Assembly: GCA_001872625.1 (NCBI GenBank)
Contig: MNXP01000049.1
Coordinates: forward strand, 100,142-164,141
Source of the DNA: Bacteroidetes bacterium CG2_30_33_31
GTDB lineage: Bacteria; Bacteroidota; Bacteroidia; Bacteroidales; UBA1556
Length of the DNA: 64,000 nucleotides
Reading direction: 5' to 3'
The number at the start of each line of letters is the position of its first letter. Positions within the stretch are counted from its first letter, which is position 1. The notes under the pieces were generated by a model. The model made no database searches. It saw only the letters and a list, made by a program, of their open reading frames with translations, and was not told the origin of the DNA. A program made the translations under genes and the position numbers. Positions 59,601-64,000 of the stretch are shown here, one piece after another.

Positions 59601-59766
59601 GCATGGAATAATCTGATAAAATAATGTCGTAATTTGATTTTAGTTCACGTCTATATTCAGCTTCAGTATCGATTCTATATGCATATAAATCATCATATTC
59701 GGCTTTCAATATCCTTATGATAATTTTAGCATCATTAATATTATCCTCAACTAATAGAATTTTCAT
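56617..59766 (-). CDS. Hybrid sensor kinase: REC-PAS-GAF-PAS-PAS-HisKA-HATPase-REC
   Basis: 1049-aa ORF with no TM segments. N-terminal receiver (ILLVEDN...ILSDYSMPDFDG), H-box MSHEIRTPMN, G-boxes (DSGIGL, GTGIGLA) and a C-terminal receiver (ILVVDDD...LMDIKMPIISG). Confidence 0.85.
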   Translation of the reverse strand: MKILLVEDNINDAKIIIRILKAEYDDLYAYRIDTEAEYRRELKSNYDIILSDYSMPDFDGMRALKIRNEEYPLMPFIIVTGSVNEMTAVDCLIAGADNYIIKEHQNRLLPAIKKAIQDKNNEKIRIEYEKKLKEINIKYTELVENSDLGILIESSKNELIFANPTFLKIFEYNIDELKKLNYSNLIYADDLNLVNEKRANRSSKDLISQDYVLRGVTKNGHIKWLNIYVELIQSEGKINGNRYYIRDISEERKLKLSNDAINQIAKIALTTNDLSEFCKITYEIINTFVQVKNFYVALYDEKENKYTFPFSIDEFDKESDFNSCDYSDGLTDYVRKNKKPVLLNKQDIEKLEKKKEIKVIGSKSKIWLGIPLIHKKNVIGVLGIQDYNNDSAFDKDDLRLFESVATYISMKLFQNNMISELKINELKYRNLFDFSPSPIVVHQNGIFVMANKAAIRMSEAKNEKDLIGKSIFTFILPEMQSIVEDRIDKVIKDKQSAPAIIEKFITLKGNMLFVEVVSIPFEYNGKAAAQVIMKDITEEVKAKKVLEESEEKFRLGFQNTPDAIAVVNSKTGKAIEVNESFVKMTGYSLNKLQISKFPISLFKDFNVSREMTAKLLKQGKLTNLEYEIHDLEGNTHSLLASITVLSKSETPHFMVIAKDISEQKTIQKDLMQAKLKAEESDRLKSAFLANMSHEIRTPMNHIIGFTEFIKQGVTNEELNTYINIIQKSSNHLLELINDIIDISKIEAGQFKMNLEQIRATKVLTEIYENFIFDSKVVSNKNLSVYCESLKLQFYFVLADQLRLKQILYNIIGNAIKYTSEGFIKFGFEDRHDGFLTFYVKDSGIGLSEENQKIIFDRFRQAEGPRGVINEGTGIGLAVTKALVELMNGKIWVESKIDVGSEFYFTIPLVNAKGKNIFTKPKEDFKDKYINNKILVVDDDINNIVLLTAFLHKIVPKVNIIYLQSANNVLDIIEKEKISLVLMDIKMPIISGIEAMKLIKKAYPELPVVAQTAYYMQADEHRLLDQGFDAFIAKPFTKDIVISTVLSFMF

Positions 59767-59769
59767 AAT

Positions 59770-61722
59770 TTAATTTTTTGGCAAAATAAACCCAATTTTA
59801 CTTCCTTTAATATTTACACTTTCGGCAATCACCCTTCCACCATGATTTTCGATAATTCTTTTCACTAAAGCTAATCCTACGCCGCTTCCAGCAAAGTTTT
59901 TAGAATTATTCAATCTATTAAAAAGTTCAAACATCTTATCCTTATCGTTTTCCGAAAAACCAATTCCATTGTCTTGAACATAAAAGCCAACTTCATTTTT
60001 ATTTTCCTCAGAACTAATTTTAATTTGAGGTTTATCTTCTTTAGAGCTAAATTTCACAGCGTTAGACAAAAGATTTACCACCACTTGTTTTATCAAACCA
60101 TAATCGCCTAAAATATTAGGCATATTCTGAATCTCAATGTCAAAGTGTTTTTCTTCATTTCTAAATTTGATGGTTTCTGAGGCGACAGCATAAAAAAGCT
60201 CTTTCATATTTATTAGAGTTTTCAGTATTTTTTTTCTTCCATAGCGCGAAAATTGTAGAAGATTGTCCATCATACTATCCATATAATTGCTCTGGTTTAA
60301 AACTTCATCAAGCATATTTTTTCCTTCATCATTCATTAAATGATAATAGTCGCTCTTAATAAATTTGGAATAATTTAGAATTGCTCTTAAAGGCGCTTTT
60401 AAATCATGGGAAACTGAAAAATTAAACGATTCTAAATCAGAATTTGCAGTTTTTAATTTGCAATTTACCTTTTGTAAATCTTTCTGAATCAGCTGCATAT
60501 CCTCAAGAAGGTAAATCATTGCTTTCTGACTATGCTCCATATTCAAAGAGTTTTCAACAATTTTTTTTGTTTTTTCTTCTACCTTAATTTGCAGTTCTTT
60601 ATTAAAGTCAATAGTTCGCTTTTGTGATAATTTCGACTCACTTATATCTTGAACGATAACAATAAAAGCATCAAACATATCATTTTCAGACCTAATAGGT
60701 TTAACATCCAAATTATACCAAAGGGAAGATTTATTCTGCCTTTTATACTCAAAGTCGCAATTTGTAGATATTTTGTTTCTAATGGCATATTCAATCTGCT
60801 CCAACAAACTATCAGAAGGAAATTTTTCGATAAAATCATGAATATTGATTCCTATAACATTTGCTTTATCTATATTTTTATGATTAATTAAAGCCTCATT
60901 TACAAAAGTGATAAATCCTTCATTATCAATTATAATCATGTCAAAAGAAACCTTGTCTAATGCAATTTTAAATTTTTTTAGGTTATAAATAATCTCCTTT
61001 TCATGAGTAATGTTTTTAATAAGGACAAGATGATTTGGTTTTTTATTTATTTCAAATTGTTTCGATATAATTTCAAAAATGCCAATCTCACCATCTGGAA
61101 ATTTATGTTCAAATTCAAATTTAAAGCCAGCATCATGAACTTGGAATTGATTTAAGTTTTCTTGCTCTATTATTTTTTCAAATTCTGGAAATATTTCGAT
61201 TAGTTGTCGGCCTTCAACAACATCTTCGCGCTTAGCAAAAGCCATGTCTTTTAATGTCTTATTGGTGAAGATGATATTTTTCCCGTCATGTATCAGCAGG
61301 CCTAATGGCAGATTATTTATCAAGATATTCCATTGAATTTCGATTTTATGCATCGCCTTTAACTGCAAATAATCAATAGTTTTATCTAAAATTTCGGAGA
61401 TAATTATCTTTGATTTTGAATCAATCAAGCGTGAAGTAGCTTCAAAATATAAAATATTTTCGTTTACATTTATTTTAAAAATTTCAACAATTGATTTTTG
61501 TGTATTATCTTCTAAATCATTAATTATTTTATCAATTCTTGAGTGTTTTGATTGGTCAAAAAAATCCTTTAATGATTTGCCAATCATGTGAGATTGATTA
61601 TCTAAATGTAACTTTGACACTATTTTATTATTTACACTTAAGATTTTACCATTTTTATGCAAGACGATACCTTGAGGAGCAGAATCAAAAATTGATTTAT
61701 ATATATTTATATCTAAAATCAT
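59770..61722 (-). CDS. Soluble multi-PAS sensor histidine kinase
   Basis: 650-aa ORF with no TM segments and three or four PAS-like modules. H-box FNFSVSHDLKAPLRAI, N-box LLSNAVKFS, G-boxes DNGIGF and GSGVGLA. A 3-nt gap separates it from the hybrid kinase gene. Confidence 0.85.
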   Translation of the reverse strand: MILDINIYKSIFDSAPQGIVLHKNGKILSVNNKIVSKLHLDNQSHMIGKSLKDFFDQSKHSRIDKIINDLEDNTQKSIVEIFKINVNENILYFEATSRLIDSKSKIIISEILDKTIDYLQLKAMHKIEIQWNILINNLPLGLLIHDGKNIIFTNKTLKDMAFAKREDVVEGRQLIEIFPEFEKIIEQENLNQFQVHDAGFKFEFEHKFPDGEIGIFEIISKQFEINKKPNHLVLIKNITHEKEIIYNLKKFKIALDKVSFDMIIIDNEGFITFVNEALINHKNIDKANVIGINIHDFIEKFPSDSLLEQIEYAIRNKISTNCDFEYKRQNKSSLWYNLDVKPIRSENDMFDAFIVIVQDISESKLSQKRTIDFNKELQIKVEEKTKKIVENSLNMEHSQKAMIYLLEDMQLIQKDLQKVNCKLKTANSDLESFNFSVSHDLKAPLRAILNYSKFIKSDYYHLMNDEGKNMLDEVLNQSNYMDSMMDNLLQFSRYGRKKILKTLINMKELFYAVASETIKFRNEEKHFDIEIQNMPNILGDYGLIKQVVVNLLSNAVKFSSKEDKPQIKISSEENKNEVGFYVQDNGIGFSENDKDKMFELFNRLNNSKNFAGSGVGLALVKRIIENHGGRVIAESVNIKGSKIGFILPKN

Positions 61723-61735
61723 TTGCTATATTTTA

Positions 61736-62791
61736 TCAATTATTATTACGCTGCAAAAGATTTATCTCTTCTTCAAGTTCGATAATTTTATCCCTTAACT
61801 CCTTAATTCTAAATTCTCTATCGGAAAACAATTTGTTAAGTCTTTGTAAATCTTTATTTTTATCTTCCAATATTTCCGACTTCTTTTTTAGCTCCTCTGT
61901 GCGTGAATTCACCAGAATTTCGAGTTGATTATTGTAATCATTTAGGGCATTTTCAAGTTCAATTTTCTTGTCTGTCATTCTATCAAAGGAATTAATAAGT
62001 TCAGCTAATTCTTCAATCAATACATTATCCAAATCGTAGGTTGCATTTTTATCTCCTTCCATTTTTTTATTAAAATATTCATTTATTTGTAGTAATATTT
62101 TCATAAAGGTTTTAGAAATATATTTGCTTGATAAGTAAAAAATAAAAATAAATATTACAAAAACCAGAAGAATGTGAAATGCTCTTTGGGAAAATCTATC
62201 CCAAGTATATTGGATAAAATTCAAATCATTTTTCAAAAACTCATCTGGGTAGTTGCCAGCGCCAACTATCCAATTAAAATCTTGATATCCCTTTATAAAA
62301 GCTATTTTTTCATGTTCAATTGTATCATCAAGCCTTTTAAAATAATAGTTAATAAATTTGCCATTAGAAGAATTATATCCAGATATCTCCATTTCAAAAA
62401 TGGAATTTCCTTTCTTATCTTTTATATTTCTAATATTCTTATTTTCAACTCGTTTTCCATCAAAAATCAATGCTTTGCCATCGATATTATTAATAAAAAT
62501 ATAGCCAGCTCCGCCAAAACGATTTTGAGATAAAAAGTCTAAAATAAAGTTCTTTGCGATAGAATCATTGGCGAAATGCCTATTTTTATTGATATAATCA
62601 ATAAGGGAAATAGTTTCATCAACTTTTTGCTGCAGAAGTTTTTTATTTTGATAATGCGACTGTCTTACTTGCGCTTCTACATTATTTAAGTAATCGCTAT
62701 ATTCAGTAAATATCCATATAATTGAGAATAAGAAGAAGAATGCACCAATTAAAATAAATTGGAATAAAAAAGCCAACCTTCTTATACTCAT
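61736..62791 (-). CDS. Membrane Cache-domain sensor with HAMP-like linker and long coiled coil, but no output domain
   Basis: The track ORF starts at 62881. I prefer MSIRRLAFLFQFILIGAFFFLFSIIWIF (ATG 62791-62789). Layout is TM1, a ~190-aa periplasmic Cache-like domain (GAGYIFINNIDGKALIF...NWIVGAGNY), TM2, a HAMP-like segment and a ~90-aa heptad coiled coil (LEILVNSRTEELKKK...) that ends at the stop codon. Confidence 0.7.
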   Translation of the reverse strand: MSIRRLAFLFQFILIGAFFFLFSIIWIFTEYSDYLNNVEAQVRQSHYQNKKLLQQKVDETISLIDYINKNRHFANDSIAKNFILDFLSQNRFGGAGYIFINNIDGKALIFDGKRVENKNIRNIKDKKGNSIFEMEISGYNSSNGKFINYYFKRLDDTIEHEKIAFIKGYQDFNWIVGAGNYPDEFLKNDLNFIQYTWDRFSQRAFHILLVFVIFIFIFYLSSKYISKTFMKILLQINEYFNKKMEGDKNATYDLDNVLIEELAELINSFDRMTDKKIELENALNDYNNQLEILVNSRTEELKKKSEILEDKNKDLQRLNKLFSDREFRIKELRDKIIELEEEINLLQRNNN

Positions 62792-62943
62792 TTGTTTAAA
62801 ATGCACTGTCAAAAACTTTATGAATTGTAATTTTACCACTAAATAATTTGCCAAATTACGCATATAAAAAAGTAAAAGCAATAAGCAAATTAAAATTTTT
62901 AAAATATTTTCAAAAAATTATTAAAATTAAATTTTATTAATTT

Positions 62944-62951
62944 TACATTTG
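62944..62951 (+). promoter_or_regulatory. Candidate -7 box (TACATTTG) for the PUR-like gene
   Basis: Exact TAnnTTTG, 31 nt upstream of the ATG at 62982. Confidence 0.4.
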
Positions 62952-62981
62952 TAAAATATAAACCCCTAAAATGCAATACTT

Positions 62982-63284
62982 ATGGATTCAGATGATAAAA
63001 GAGAGCAGCGAATATTGCACACCAAAACCCTTAAAGCTGGCAAAAGGACATATTTTTTTGACGTAAAAGATACCATTGGCGGAGAATATTACTTGAGTCT
63101 TACTGAGAGCAAGAAATTTTTTAATAAAGACGATGGCAATTTTTATTTCAAAAAACACAGTATTTTCCTTTATAAAGAAAACATGAAAGAATTTATTGAG
63201 ATCCTTCAACAATCAATTGATTTCATAGAGAAAAATCAAGGAGAAATTCAAAAATTTCATCAACATGAGAGTGAATCAGAATAG
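62982..63284 (+). CDS. PUR-alpha-like nucleic-acid-binding protein (DUF3276 family)
   Basis: 100-aa ORF. The pattern L.TKTLKAGKRTYFFDVKDT..GEYYLSLTESKK......F.KH.IFLYKE....F matches the beta-beta-beta-beta-alpha PUR repeat seen in Bacteroidota DUF3276 proteins. Confidence 0.65.
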   Translation: MDSDDKREQRILHTKTLKAGKRTYFFDVKDTIGGEYYLSLTESKKFFNKDDGNFYFKKHSIFLYKENMKEFIEILQQSIDFIEKNQGEIQKFHQHESESE

Positions 63285-63439
63285 TGAATAAAATTTCAAA
63301 AGCTATTCCACAAGGCAGGTTTATTATTAATACATTTGCCAAATACATTTTATTTTTAATTGGTGCGATTTTACTATGAATGATTTAAATTTATTTTTTT
63401 AGAAAATGAAAGTAATTATCTAACAATCAAATATTTATT

Positions 63440-64000
63440 ATGAAACTCACATATTACGGCCATAGTTGTTGGCAAGTAGAAGTTAATGGGAAAAATCTAT
63501 TATTTGATCCTTTTATTTCACCTAACGAACTTGCCTCACATATTAAAGTGGAAGAAATTAAAGCAGATTATATTTTAATAACTCATGGTCATGAAGATCA
63601 TGTTGCAGATGTAGAACGAATAGCAAAAAATACTGGCGCCAAGATTATTTCAAATTTCGAAATCATTAATTGGTTTGCCAAAAAAGGCATTGAAAATGGG
63701 TATCCAATGAATATTGGTGGTAAATGCAAATTTGATTTTGGAACTCTTACTTATTTTACTGCTCAACATTCCAGCTCGATGCCTGATGGGAGTTATGGTG
63801 GAAACCCTGGAAGTTTTATCATAGAAAGTACGCAAGGAAATTTCTATCATACAGGCGACACAGGGCTGATGATGGATATGAAACTTATTCCACTGCTTAC
63901 AAAATTAGACTTTGCGTTTTTGCCAATAGGCGATAACTTTACAATGGGAATAAAAGATGCCGTTTTAGCGTCGGAATTTATCGAATGTAATAATATTTAT
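63440..64000 (+). CDS. Metallo-beta-lactamase-fold hydrolase (UPF0173-like), N-terminal 187 aa; 3' end runs off the window
   Basis: Not in the ORF track because it is open to the window edge. MKLTYYGHSCWQVEVNGKNLLFDPF...ADYILITHGHEDHVAD... contains the HxHxDH metal motif. Confidence 0.75.
   Translation, partial: MKLTYYGHSCWQVEVNGKNLLFDPFISPNELASHIKVEEIKADYILITHGHEDHVADVERIAKNTGAKIISNFEIINWFAKKGIENGYPMNIGGKCKFDFGTLTYFTAQHSSSMPDGSYGGNPGSFIIESTQGNFYHTGDTGLMMDMKLIPLLTKLDFAFLPIGDNFTMGIKDAVLASEFIECNNIY

Noticed and set aside
62792-62881. 30-aa N-terminal extension of the Cache-sensor ORF
   Set aside because: The internal Met gives a normal short cytoplasmic N-terminus followed by TM1 (MSIRRLAFLFQFILIGAFFF). 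The start choice is not certain but does not change the call.
62988-63212. 74-aa minus-strand ORF opposite the PUR-like gene
   Set aside because: The plus-strand product has a recognisable PUR-repeat pattern and a -7 box. The antisense product is low-complexity.
1-64000. Searched for mobile elements, a genomic island, tRNA/rRNA/ncRNA genes, toxin-antitoxin pairs and known defence systems
   Set aside because: None of the following was visible:
- transposase, integrase, recombinase or phage-like ORFs;
- flanking direct repeats;
- a GC-rich structured segment in any intergenic region;
- a compositional break;
- small paired ORFs.
Absence is judged by eye only and should be confirmed with tRNAscan, Infernal and defence-system HMM sets.

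Overview
AT-rich (about 30% GC by eye), densely coding chromosomal segment. It looks like a Bacteroidota genome: a T9SS type-B (gliding-type) C-terminal sorting domain, DUF1573, a GT3 glycogen synthase, a PUR-like DUF3276 protein, PorE-like OmpA proteins, TAnnTTTG -7 boxes and no obvious Shine-Dalgarno use. I support about 41 protein genes. I saw no rRNA, tRNA, CRISPR array, transposase, integrase or compositional island. Gene content in order:
- Housekeeping genes: miaA (partial), clpC, gyrA, recN, recQ, kdsD.
- A five-gene minus-strand operon built around a long pterin-dependent aromatic amino acid hydroxylase, with PTPS, an SDR and MdaB.
- A glycogen island: debranching enzyme, GT4 synthase, GH57, and a 1407-aa GT3 synthase fused to a GT35 phosphorylase.
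- A 2261-aa PKD/Ig-repeat T9SS surface protein.
- An AmgK-like/MurU-like cell-wall sugar salvage pair.
- A complete leucine/isovalerate (liu) catabolic operon with scoAB embedded.
- A patatin-like lipase and two PorE-like TPR/beta-propeller/OmpA paralogs, with an M64 peptidase and a TlpA-like thioredoxin.
- A three-gene sensory module: Cache sensor with no output domain, soluble PAS kinase, and REC-PAS-GAF-PAS-HK-REC hybrid kinase.
The leads I consider most worth a second look are domain-architecture novelties, not a classical defence or mobile system:
1. An AmgK-type kinase whose C-terminus is a RapZ C-terminal domain, translationally coupled to the MurU-like gene.
2. A FliG_C-like helical module on the end of the GH57 enzyme.
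3. The synthase-phosphorylase fusion.
4. The hydroxylase operon with its own pterin supply and an unassigned ~280-aa C-terminal domain.
5. The split Cache/kinase phosphorelay.
6. A TMTC-like GT-C plus TPR membrane protein coupled to kdsD.
All functional calls rest on motif recognition by eye and need profile and structure searches.
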